A DNA stretch of 53,726 bases. Source: a virus. Its lineage: Duplodnaviria > Caudoviricetes. Below the pieces are notes generated by a model that saw only the letters and a list, made by a program, of their open reading frames with translations, ran no database searches and was not told the DNA's origin. Made by a program: the position numbers and the translations under genes. How positions within the stretch are numbered: position 1 is the stretch's first letter; each line of letters begins with the position of its first letter. Below are positions 1 to 7,285 of this stretch, one piece after another. The stretch covers positions 1 to 53,726 of IMG/VR virus record IMGVR_UViG_3300025645_000097, one strand, 5' to 3'.

Positions 1-55
1 GCCGTCGATCTGGACCGGGAGCCGGGAGCCGTCGATCTGGACCGGGAGCCGGGGA
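1..55. repeat. Tandem ~27-bp repeat GCCGTCGATCTGGACCGGGAGCCGGG(G)A x2
   Basis: Copies at 1-27 and 28-55; the window starts at the repeat, so the left end may be truncated. Confidence 0.8.
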
Positions 56-180
56 GCCGCGCGACCAATAGAGGAATCCCGGGCGCGCCCATGCACGCGG
101 GCGCGCTGGCCTACGCGGGCGCACATGCACACGCGGGCGCGCGGGCACGCGCCTACGCGGGCGCGCGTGTGTGTATAGGA

Positions 181-610
181 AACTTTGGAGACCTGGCCGG
201 TCCTCGACAACTTTGGAGGTCTAGCCGGTCCTGGCCCGGCGCAACTTTGGAGGGCTGGCCGGTCCTGGTCTGTAACTTTGGAGGGCTGGCCGGTCCTCAG
301 TCCGCGCTCTTGAGCAGGCAGTCCAGCCGCTCGCGCTTCCCCTGGGCGTTGTACGCCTCGGGTGGCCGTGACAGCTTGATCCGGCACAGAGCCTCGTCAG
401 CGGCCACGGTGGCCTGCTCCAGGCGCTCCAGGGCGGTCTGCGGCTCCTCTTTCTGAGGGACGCCGTAGACGACCGCGTAGCCGCCCAGCCCGACCAGGGC
501 TAGGACGCCGACAGAAAGGATTCCTTGGGTGACAGGGTGCATGTCTATTCTCCTCGATCTGTCCCCGGATAACCGGGGGTTGTGGCAACTTTGTGGCCCT
601 GGCCGGTCCT
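181..610. repeat. 24-bp repeat AACTTTG-N7-GCCGGTCCT family x5
   Basis: Copies at 181-204, 209-232, 243-266, 274-297 and 587-610. Confidence 0.9.
297..542 (-). CDS. Small protein with N-terminal TM helix (81 aa)
   Basis: GAGGAG RBS; hydrophobic ILSVGVLALVGLGGYAVVYG. Confidence 0.7.
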   Translation of the reverse strand: MHPVTQGILSVGVLALVGLGGYAVVYGVPQKEEPQTALERLEQATVAADEALCRIKLSRPPEAYNAQGKRERLDCLLKSAD

Positions 611-612
611 CG

Positions 613-837
613 TCACTCGTCGGCCAGGAGGTGATCTTTGACGAACTCTTTCAGGTCCTCGACGGTCTCGCACTCCTCAAGCTGGGCCAGACGGAGACCT
701 TCCCGGGACCGGGCGAAGGCCAGTTGCTTCTCCCGCTCGAACTCGTCGTCGTGGGTGGCGCACCGCTTGACGAGGGAGAAGCGGCTGACCTCCTCCCAGC
801 AGCCCTCGACGGCGCACAACTTGGCTCTACGACCCAT
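613..837 (-). CDS. Hypothetical protein with Cys/His motif (74 aa)
   Basis: CAVEGC...CATH; part of a chain of overlapping minus-strand ORFs. Confidence 0.65.
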   Translation of the reverse strand: MGRRAKLCAVEGCWEEVSRFSLVKRCATHDDEFEREKQLAFARSREGLRLAQLEECETVEDLKEFVKDHLLADE

Positions 838-1015
838 TGGTTTCCCCCCGTAGCTTCTCGTAGGTTGCCACCGGGACCAGGAGGATCGGCTTTCCGCCCG
901 GTAGGATGTCGCTGGGCACGATCTGCACCCCGGACATCATCACGGTTTTCGCCAGGTCCAGGCTGTTCGCTTCAACCTCCTGCTGGATTTCGCGCATGAG
1001 ATTCGAATCTATCAT
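827..1015 (-). CDS. Hypothetical protein (62 aa)
   Basis: Overlaps the next gene; normal protein composition. Confidence 0.6.
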   Translation of the reverse strand: MIDSNLMREIQQEVEANSLDLAKTVMMSGVQIVPSDILPGGKPILLVPVATYEKLRGETNGS

Positions 1016-1100
1016 TTCGTTTCACCTTTTTTGGAACGATTCCGTTTTTCGATTTCGATTTTCCAAAACGATTCCGTTTTTCGGTTTTGCGTTTCGGATT

Positions 1101-1337
1101 TCAGACCAATTCGGCCAGGCCGCCCCAGATACGCTCGATCCGGTGGCGGACAACGAACCAGGCCGTGCCGCTGCTCGGGCAGTCCTCTCTCAGGATTTCG
1201 GTGATCCGCTCGGCCTGGCTGTAGTTGATGCCGTCCACGATGACCTTTTCGGCCACGGATTCCCGGGCGAGATTGTCGGTGTAGACGACCCGCCAGGTGC
1301 GCGCCTCTTTGTCCATCTGGTCGTGGTCTGGGTTCAT
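1101..1337 (-). CDS. Hypothetical protein (78 aa, MNPDHDQ...)
   Basis: Protein-like 3' part of ORF 1101..1709; ATG overlaps the stop of micro-ORF 1334..1387. Confidence 0.6.
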   Translation of the reverse strand: MNPDHDQMDKEARTWRVVYTDNLARESVAEKVIVDGINYSQAERITEILREDCPSSGTAWFVVRHRIERIWGGLAELV

Positions 1338-1402
1338 TTCGGGTACACCCCGCCGTTGCTGGGACGATTTTCGTTTTCGGTTTTCATGTTTCAGATTCCC
1401 TC

Positions 1403-1918
1403 TCAGTACGCCTTCCCGCCGGGCGCGGCGCGGTTTTCGGGCTTGTGATCGGCGCGGCCTGCGTTGAACCGCAGCTTGTCGATGGTGGCTCCCGGTAGAT
1501 CGAGGCCCATTGCCCCGGCCAGGTCGAAGATGCGGATCAGCGCGTCGGCCAGTTCGACCTCGATGCCGGGCCGGTAGGTCAGCTTGTCGTCGGCCAGTCC
1601 CTTGCGGTCCGCCTCCATCGCCTCGCTGATCTCCGAGTGGATCAGGCACAGCTTGACCGGGACGTTGTGCGGCAAGTCGTGGGGCAGTCCGTCTCCGTCG
1701 TGCCACCACCCGGCGCGGAGGCTGGCCCCGTGGCAGATGTCGGTGAGGCCATCGAGGCAGACGCGCAGGTCCTCCAGCGGCGATTCAGCCAGGAACCCAG
1801 CCGGATCGTCGGGGAGTTTGAGGTCGAGCCATTTGCCGTAGACCTCGCCTGGGCGCAGCTTTGGCATGAGGACCTTTTCCGGGCCTTTGCCGGAACGATT
1901 TTCGTTTTCGGTTTTCAC
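1403..1918 (-). CDS. MazG-like NTP pyrophosphohydrolase
   Basis: HSEISEAMEADRK...EVELADALIRIFD (EXXE...EXXD); alternative start at 1867. Confidence 0.8.
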   Translation of the reverse strand: MKTENENRSGKGPEKVLMPKLRPGEVYGKWLDLKLPDDPAGFLAESPLEDLRVCLDGLTDICHGASLRAGWWHDGDGLPHDLPHNVPVKLCLIHSEISEAMEADRKGLADDKLTYRPGIEVELADALIRIFDLAGAMGLDLPGATIDKLRFNAGRADHKPENRAAPGGKAY

Positions 1919-2262
1919 TTTTGAAATCCCCTATCAGTTGACTTTTTCATTTTCAGGTTACGAACAAGGCGTGCGAAAACCAGGCAGAACCAGAAGGCCC
2001 CCAGGCACTCGCGGACCGCCCCGGCCATGCGGGACAGAACGCCGGGCTTCTCTTTGGGCGGCCACCCCCTACGCCAGGGCTGCGGCTCCTCCCCGGGTAG
2101 CACGGACGGACGGTGCCGGACGGTGTCGGGCAGTTGCCCCGCAGCCGGGCCGACCATGTCGATCTCGATGTCGTAGAAGCCGTATGTGCGGCCGTAGTAT
2201 TCGACCCACCGGGGTTCTGGCGGCGCGACCCGGGCTGGCTCTAGGAAAAATAGGTTGCTCAC
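1915..2262 (-). CDS. Hypothetical protein (115 aa)
   Basis: Coupled to both neighbours. Confidence 0.5.
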   Translation of the reverse strand: MSNLFFLEPARVAPPEPRWVEYYGRTYGFYDIEIDMVGPAAGQLPDTVRHRPSVLPGEEPQPWRRGWPPKEKPGVLSRMAGAVRECLGAFWFCLVFARLVRNLKMKKSTDRGFQK

Positions 2263-2486
2263 TATTCTTTCTCCTCTGTTTCGCCCGGATTGAACCCGGC
2301 GTTGATGATCTCCGCTGCCCGATCCCGTGCCGACCAGGCGGAGGCAAACTTGGTGTATTCGAGGACCCGCCAGCTATCCGTCTCCGGGATGTGGCTGCCG
2401 GGGTAGAAGAAGGCCGAAGCGGGCGGCGGGTCGGCAGACACGATCGTCGGCCCGATCACCGGGATCGCCACGGGTCGGATGCTCAT
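2262..2486 (-). CDS. Hypothetical protein (74 aa)
   Basis: ATGA overlap with the upstream gene. Confidence 0.6.
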   Translation of the reverse strand: MSIRPVAIPVIGPTIVSADPPPASAFFYPGSHIPETDSWRVLEYTKFASAWSARDRAAEIINAGFNPGETEEKE

Positions 2487-2695
2487 CGGCCCCTCCGATC
2501 CAGGCGGTTCATCATCTTACGGTGCCGCCTATCACCCTTCGCCTGTGCGACGACGAACAGGCTGATTAGGGACATCAGGGGCCAAAGCCACCCCATCGAG
2601 ATCGCAATGAGGATCAGAGAGAGCAGCGAAAACCCGACCCGGCCAACAAAGAGCGGTCCGATGAACGGGAATATGAAGCTAAAAAGGTAAATCAT
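2483..2695 (-). CDS. Small membrane protein (70 aa)
   Basis: Long hydrophobic region followed by a basic tail; ATGA overlaps. Confidence 0.65.
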   Translation of the reverse strand: MIYLFSFIFPFIGPLFVGRVGFSLLSLILIAISMGWLWPLMSLISLFVVAQAKGDRRHRKMMNRLDRRGR

Positions 2696-2943
2696 TTGCG
2701 AGCCTCCTCGGGCAATGGTGTCTTGTTCAACAGACGCTCGGGCCAGTCATCGGGCCGGTAGCCTGCCAGGTACGCCCTGTAGAGCCGCACAACGCGGGTA
2801 GCAGGCGGTCGGTGGGTCGAGTGCCCCGGCGTGCTTTCCATGCGGTAGATCGCCTTGGTGTCCGCCAGGTCGAGCATCTGCGCGGCCTCGGCGGGGGACA
2901 GCCCAAGAGATTCCCGGGCCGCCCTGAGTTCGTCGTGGTTCAT
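2692..2943 (-). CDS. XRE-family HTH protein
   Basis: ELRAARESLGLSPAEAAQML...AIYRME. Confidence 0.8.
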   Translation of the reverse strand: MNHDELRAARESLGLSPAEAAQMLDLADTKAIYRMESTPGHSTHRPPATRVVRLYRAYLAGYRPDDWPERLLNKTPLPEEARK

Positions 2944-3443
2944 GGGGCCTCTCCGATGGAGTAGGCCACCTGCACCGCCGGGGCGATAAGGGCGTGCATC
3001 TCCGGGGTGTCGGTCAGGTCGGAGATCACATCCTCGACGTTGCCGTGGACAAGCCAGATGAACCCGAGCCGCGTCTTGCCGCGAAAGACGTGGTAGTAGG
3101 TCGATCCGGTGGCTCCGGTCTCTTTCTCGATCGCTGCTCGGTCACGGGTGGCCTCGACCGCGAGTTCCACCTCGTCCCAGACCTCGATCTTTAGTTTGGG
3201 GTCGGCCAGGATCGTGTCGAGCAGCTTGCCGATGATCCGGCCCTCGATGAACGGCAGGTGGTCCGGGAGATCGCTCTTGCGGCGGTCCCATGCGGCCTGG
3301 AACTGGTCGAGGTCCATGCGGGCCAGCGTGTGCGCCGCGCCCATGATCTCGCCGTCGGTGAACCCTTTGCCGCCAGCAACCTCGGCCAGCGCGGCCAGGA
3401 GGCGGGTCTGCCGGTCTACGATCTGTTCTTTCGTGTAGGTCAT
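2940..3443 (-). CDS. Hypothetical protein (167 aa, MTYTKEQ...)
   Basis: GGAGG RBS and ATGA overlap at 3440-3443. Confidence 0.7.
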   Translation of the reverse strand: MTYTKEQIVDRQTRLLAALAEVAGGKGFTDGEIMGAAHTLARMDLDQFQAAWDRRKSDLPDHLPFIEGRIIGKLLDTILADPKLKIEVWDEVELAVEATRDRAAIEKETGATGSTYYHVFRGKTRLGFIWLVHGNVEDVISDLTDTPEMHALIAPAVQVAYSIGEAP

Positions 3444-3634
3444 TTCCGCACCTCCGGGTTGATCGCGGTGATAGTCAAGAACCCGGCGCGGGAGAAGTCG
3501 TAGGCGAACTCCCAGCCGAGGCGTTCCTTGTGAAAGCGGGCGATCGAGTCGTCCGCAAGGTCGTGGTTTGCCAGGCACCAGCCCAACGACAGTTCCAGTT
3601 CGCTCCGGGAGCAGCGTGCGATTTCAGCGGCCAT
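3440..3634 (-). CDS. Hypothetical protein (64 aa, MAAEIARC...)
   Basis: GAGGA RBS; operon position. Confidence 0.6.
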   Translation of the reverse strand: MAAEIARCSRSELELSLGWCLANHDLADDSIARFHKERLGWEFAYDFSRAGFLTITAINPEVRK

Positions 3635-3644
3635 GTTCCCGTCC

Positions 3645-3860
3645 TCAGTAGTCACCGTGCCCGGAGGCACGGGAGGTTTCGTTGTCGGCCTTGATGTTGG
3701 CCTCTGCCGCGTTGATACGCTCCATCTCTACCTGGTTGTCGAAACAGCTATCGCAGGTCGCGCGTCCGCCCCAGGGATCGGTCCGGCCACACTGTATTTC
3801 GATCTCGCGGAAACTGTAGCCACGCTGGACGTGGAAGGTTGCTTTGTTCTGGCAACTCAT
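3645..3860 (-). CDS. Small Cys-containing protein (71 aa)
   Basis: C...C...CDSC; ATGA overlap. Confidence 0.65.
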   Translation of the reverse strand: MSCQNKATFHVQRGYSFREIEIQCGRTDPWGGRATCDSCFDNQVEMERINAAEANIKADNETSRASGHGDY

Positions 3861-4183
3861 GCCGCCACCTCGGTCAGCTTGACACCCAGGTATCCGGCGA
3901 ACGAGGACAACTCTTTCAGCTTGCCCGGCTCGACTGACGCAACCACCAGCACGTTCTCCGGCTCCGGCTCGGCGGCGGGCGCTTCAAGCTGCGCCAAGAT
4001 GTACTGAGCGGCGAGTTCCGTGGCGATGCGGCACTGCCGCTCCGCGATATTGGTGCTGATAGCCGACGAGGACAGACCGAGATACGCGCCAGCCTTGCTC
4101 AAGCCTACGGTTTCCGCGAGTTCGACCAGCGCCCTCGGTGTGGTCAGGTTGTGATTGCGCTTGGTTTCAACGGTGTCTTTCAT
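3857..4183 (-). CDS. HTH-domain regulator, first gene of the leftward operon
   Basis: GLSKAGAYLGLSSSAISTNI; AGGAGG RBS. Confidence 0.7.
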   Translation of the reverse strand: MKDTVETKRNHNLTTPRALVELAETVGLSKAGAYLGLSSSAISTNIAERQCRIATELAAQYILAQLEAPAAEPEPENVLVVASVEPGKLKELSSFAGYLGVKLTEVAA

Positions 4184-4265
4184 GCGAGCCTCCTAAGTTT
4201 CCGAGATGATTCTCGTTGTCGCACTTGGATAGTTAGGGACATATGGCCCCACGATCAAGCAGTAT

Positions 4266-4344
4266 TTCATCTTTTGGGTGAAAAAGTATTTTGCCGCCAA
4301 AATTCACCTTTCAGTTGACAGTCCGGGAATCACGAGGCTACGAA
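4266..4344 (+). promoter_or_regulatory. Divergent promoter region with two 17-bp operators and a sigma70 -35
   Basis: Operators at 4266-4282 and 4303-4319; TTGACA at 4315-4320 followed by a GCTACGAA -10-like element. Confidence 0.6.
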
Positions 4345-4379
4345 AAGGGGCACACAGCACGGAATCGAGCGAGGAACAC

Positions 4380-4748
4380 ATGAGCAAACCGTACAAGCGA
4401 GCAACCCCCGAAGAAATGGCCGAGCGCGCAAAAGTGATCGCCAAGCTGGTCGATGAGGGCCTTACGATCCTCCAGATCGCAGAGAAGATCGGCGTGGGCG
4501 ATGGCCGTATCCGCGAACAGATCAAGAATACCCCCGGCCTGAAAACGCCCTCCGAGGCACACCCCAACCCACGCCGCCTGGCCGGTCCGGTGGGTGCGCT
4601 GCGCCCGGCGATCACTGCCCAGACAGACGAGTTCCAGCGGTGGCTGGAGAACATCCTGCCCGAGGGAACGAGCCACGCGGAGTTCATCGTCTCGATGGCC
4701 GTGGACACCTACCTCGACGAGATGGAGGCCCAACAAGATGCGGCTTAA
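4380..4748 (+). CDS. HTH-domain protein (122 aa)
   Basis: EGLTILQIAEKIGVGDGRIREQIK; GAGGA RBS. Confidence 0.75.
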   Translation: MSKPYKRATPEEMAERAKVIAKLVDEGLTILQIAEKIGVGDGRIREQIKNTPGLKTPSEAHPNPRRLAGPVGALRPAITAQTDEFQRWLENILPEGTSHAEFIVSMAVDTYLDEMEAQQDAA

Positions 4749-4782
4749 ATTTCACCTGAAAGAGGAATACCGGCGGCATAAG

Positions 4783-5166
4783 ATGAAGATCGCCCTCACC
4801 TCGTTCTCCATCCTGGTCGGGCTGGTGGCCTGGACCGGGCCAGCCCGGGCGCAGAGCGAGGATTGCGTCTCCGGCAACGTGGTTTTCGAGCCTACCGGCA
4901 CCGAGCCGCTGGTCGGCCACATCACCGTGACGAACGAAAGCTGCTTTGAGCCTTCGCTGCGCAATGAGTGGACAGAGCAGACCGAGATCGGCGGGTTCCG
5001 CCTGGTCTACGATCACACCTGGAACTCGCACTGCTCGCCGGAGCCGTGCCCGGATACCCTGACCGTATGGGGCGTCCCCGAAGGGTACTCCGTCCGGCCC
5101 GACAGCATCGTGATCCCCGAGAAGGGGACCATGCAGATCGAGGTCTTTGATTACCTCGGCTTTTAA
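4783..5166 (+). CDS. Secreted/periplasmic protein with signal peptide (127 aa)
   Basis: MKIALTSFSILVGLVAWTGPARA|Q; 4 Cys in the mature part. Confidence 0.7.
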   Translation: MKIALTSFSILVGLVAWTGPARAQSEDCVSGNVVFEPTGTEPLVGHITVTNESCFEPSLRNEWTEQTEIGGFRLVYDHTWNSHCSPEPCPDTLTVWGVPEGYSVRPDSIVIPEKGTMQIEVFDYLGF

Positions 5167-5196
5167 CCAGAAATTCACCTGAAAGAGGAATATACA

Positions 5197-5466
5197 GTGA
5201 ATCTACTCAAGAAAATGTACTCGGCCTTTGCGCCCAAAGTGTCCGTCGGCAAGATCGTCCTGCCGCTGCACGGCGGAGCGAACGCCACCCAGAAGATGCT
5301 GCATCACATGGCGATGCAGGAGGCCGCTGGCACCAACCACCTCGGCCACCCGCGCGGGTTCCGCCAGGCCCCCACCAGCCACAAGAACCCCAAGACCCAC
5401 AAGAAGGCCCCGCAGACGCGCCTGGAGAGCCTGGCGAAGCTGGCACGCGCGGAGGGTCTGGCATGA
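5197..5466 (+). CDS. Basic hypothetical protein (89 aa)
   Basis: GTG start after GAGGA; ATGA overlap with the next gene. Confidence 0.6.
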   Translation: MNLLKKMYSAFAPKVSVGKIVLPLHGGANATQKMLHHMAMQEAAGTNHLGHPRGFRQAPTSHKNPKTHKKAPQTRLESLAKLARAEGLA

Positions 5467-5693
5467 AAACCGCAATCGTACACGGCCCCGCGGGCTGCGG
5501 GAAAACCACGAACGCCGAGGCGCTAATGCGCGCGTTCGGCTGCACCGATGTCGTTGACCCCTGGCACCCGAACCAGGCGATCCAGGACGGGGCGCTCCAC
5601 CTGACGAACCACGGAGACGTTTTGCCCACCGGGATACCGTCGGGCGTGAAGGTCCTCCCCTACGACCACGCAATCCGGGAGGTGTTCGCATGA
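5463..5693 (+). CDS. Minimal P-loop protein (76 aa)
   Basis: Walker A GPAGCGKT; VVD as possible Walker B. Confidence 0.7.
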   Translation: MKTAIVHGPAGCGKTTNAEALMRAFGCTDVVDPWHPNQAIQDGALHLTNHGDVLPTGIPSGVKVLPYDHAIREVFA

Positions 5694-5989
5694 GCGACGT
5701 TGAAGAACTCCTGGGCGATGCGCCCGGCCAGGGCCACAACTCCGGGGACGCCACCTACCGCGTGACGGCGGACGAACTGCGCCAGTTCATCGAGCGGTTC
5801 GAGCGCCTGGAGGTCGAGAAGAAAGACATCGCGGAGCAGCAGAAAGAGGTCAAGGCCGAGGCCAAGGCGCGCGGCTACGATGTCAAGGTGATGATGAAGA
5901 TCATCGCGGAGCGCAAGCGCAACCCGGACGACATCTCCGAGGAGGAGGCCGTCCTGGAAATGTACCGCGAAGCGTTGGGGATGGGATGA
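5690..5989 (+). CDS. gapR: GapR / DUF2312 (UPF0335) nucleoid-associated protein
   Basis: ADELRQFIERFERLEVEKKDI...EAKARGYD...LEMYREALGM. Confidence 0.92.
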   Translation: MSDVEELLGDAPGQGHNSGDATYRVTADELRQFIERFERLEVEKKDIAEQQKEVKAEAKARGYDVKVMMKIIAERKRNPDDISEEEAVLEMYREALGMG

Positions 5990-6096
5990 ACCCGATCGCC
6001 TTTTTCACGCTCTACCAAGCGATCTGGATGGGGGCCTTCCTGGCTCCCATCACCACCCAATCCGCCACCGCGCGCCGCGCGCTGTACGGCAAATAG
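5986..6096 (+). CDS. 36-aa hydrophobic micropeptide (MNPIAFFTLYQAIWMGAFLAP...)
   Basis: ATGA-coupled to gapR; fills the intergenic gap; below the ORF-track cutoff. Confidence 0.5.
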   Translation: MNPIAFFTLYQAIWMGAFLAPITTQSATARRALYGK

Positions 6097-6112
6097 CACA
6101 AGAGGGAATCCA

Positions 6113-6397
6113 ATGCTCACCATCGAGATCAAATTGAACGGCAAACTCATCGCCGGATCGAAAATCGTCAACGTCAGCAAATTGGCGGACATCTCAGACT
6201 ACAAGGTCGAGGCCGTGGAGCGCGCCTCTCCGTCCCTCGGGTTCGTCAAGGATTTTTGCACCGAGTTCCCGATCGAAGGGCACACCCGGCGCAACTCGGC
6301 TTGGTCCCTCGTAGAGAAGGTGGCCCGGGAGGCCGCGCTGCGCCGGACCAGCGGACAGTATGACCACGAACCGCGCGCAGACCAGGAGACGTTCTAA
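6113..6397 (+). CDS. Hypothetical protein (94 aa)
   Basis: GAGGG RBS; TAATG overlap with the next gene. Confidence 0.7.
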   Translation: MLTIEIKLNGKLIAGSKIVNVSKLADISDYKVEAVERASPSLGFVKDFCTEFPIEGHTRRNSAWSLVEKVAREAALRRTSGQYDHEPRADQETF

Positions 6398-6735
6398 TGA
6401 TCTCAGTCCGGGAGGAGGCAAAAGCGTTTCGAATATGGCGGGAGGGCCAGTCGGTCGGCTGGGACTGCTCGGTCAAAGACCTGGCCGAGGCCACGGGGAT
6501 GTGGCCGGGAGAGGTGAGCCGGATCGTTCGGGAGCGCGGCTGGACCGTCACCGAGGAGAAAGACAGCCGGACGCCCCGCGTCCCGGAACTCGTCCACTAC
6601 TTCTCGCTGCGCAAGAGCGCCCAGGATCGCGGCAAGGTCTGCGACACCCGCGCCGTCGTCCGCGACCCCTACAAAGCCCTGCTGAATATCATTGAGGAGA
6701 CCGAATCCGATGAACACGAAATCTTTACCTTCTGA
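6397..6735 (+). CDS. HTH-like protein (112 aa)
   Basis: SVKDLAEATGMWPGEVSRIVRERGW. Confidence 0.65.
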   Translation: MISVREEAKAFRIWREGQSVGWDCSVKDLAEATGMWPGEVSRIVRERGWTVTEEKDSRTPRVPELVHYFSLRKSAQDRGKVCDTRAVVRDPYKALLNIIEETESDEHEIFTF

Positions 6736-6994
6736 CGACCTCAACGACGAAACCGCCTGGCCCTTCGAGGCCGGAGCGGACGAGATCGTGATCCGGGTGA
6801 GCCGCTACGAGGCCGATCTGAAAACTCCGGCGGCCTTCCAGGCCATCGTCCGGGGCCAGGACCGCACGAAAGAATGGGGCGTAGGTGTCCGGGCCAACTC
6901 GGTCGCAGCGATCACCGCCGCCATCGAGTCCTTTATGCGGCCCAAGATCGAGCCGGAGGAAGTCGAAATTGATGTGGAGGACCTGTTGTCGTGA
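6710..6994 (+). CDS. Hypothetical protein ending ...DVEDLLS (94 aa)
   Basis: GAGGAG RBS; GTGA overlap with the next gene. Confidence 0.7.
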   Translation: MNTKSLPSDDLNDETAWPFEAGADEIVIRVSRYEADLKTPAAFQAIVRGQDRTKEWGVGVRANSVAAITAAIESFMRPKIEPEEVEIDVEDLLS

Positions 6995-7209
6995 ACAAAG
7001 GAGTCAGAGACGTTGTGAAGCATTTCGAGAAGGCCGGGCTGGAGGTAGAGATCGTGACGAAGAAGAAGCACCATTTCATCTACTTTGAAGGCGTGCCGGT
7101 CTACAAGGTCTCTATAAGCGGCAGGCTGCCCTCCTGGGCGGTAAGAGACCGCGCGGCGATCATCCGCAGTTTGGTCGAGGACAGGGAAAGTCGAACGCTC
7201 CTGCGCTAA
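6991..7209 (+). CDS. HicA-like small basic protein
   Basis: RDVVKHFEKAGLEVEIVTKKKHHFIY resembles the HicA alpha-beta-beta-beta-alpha pattern. Confidence 0.5.
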   Translation: MNKGVRDVVKHFEKAGLEVEIVTKKKHHFIYFEGVPVYKVSISGRLPSWAVRDRAAIIRSLVEDRESRTLLR

Positions 7210-7285
7210 GTTTCACCTTTTATTGTACTATTCCCTTTTCAGGTGTATCCTGACTCCGAGGAGCGCCTTTTATTCGGAGAGCGAC

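Noticed and set aside
181-297. Possible CRISPR mini-array
   Set aside because: Gaps between repeats are only 4-10 bp, repeats vary internally, and there is no cas operon; the DUF2800 Cas4-like gene is a standard replication-module gene.
91-456. Plus-strand 121-aa ORF
   Set aside because: Translation of repeat DNA, antisense to a better-supported gene.
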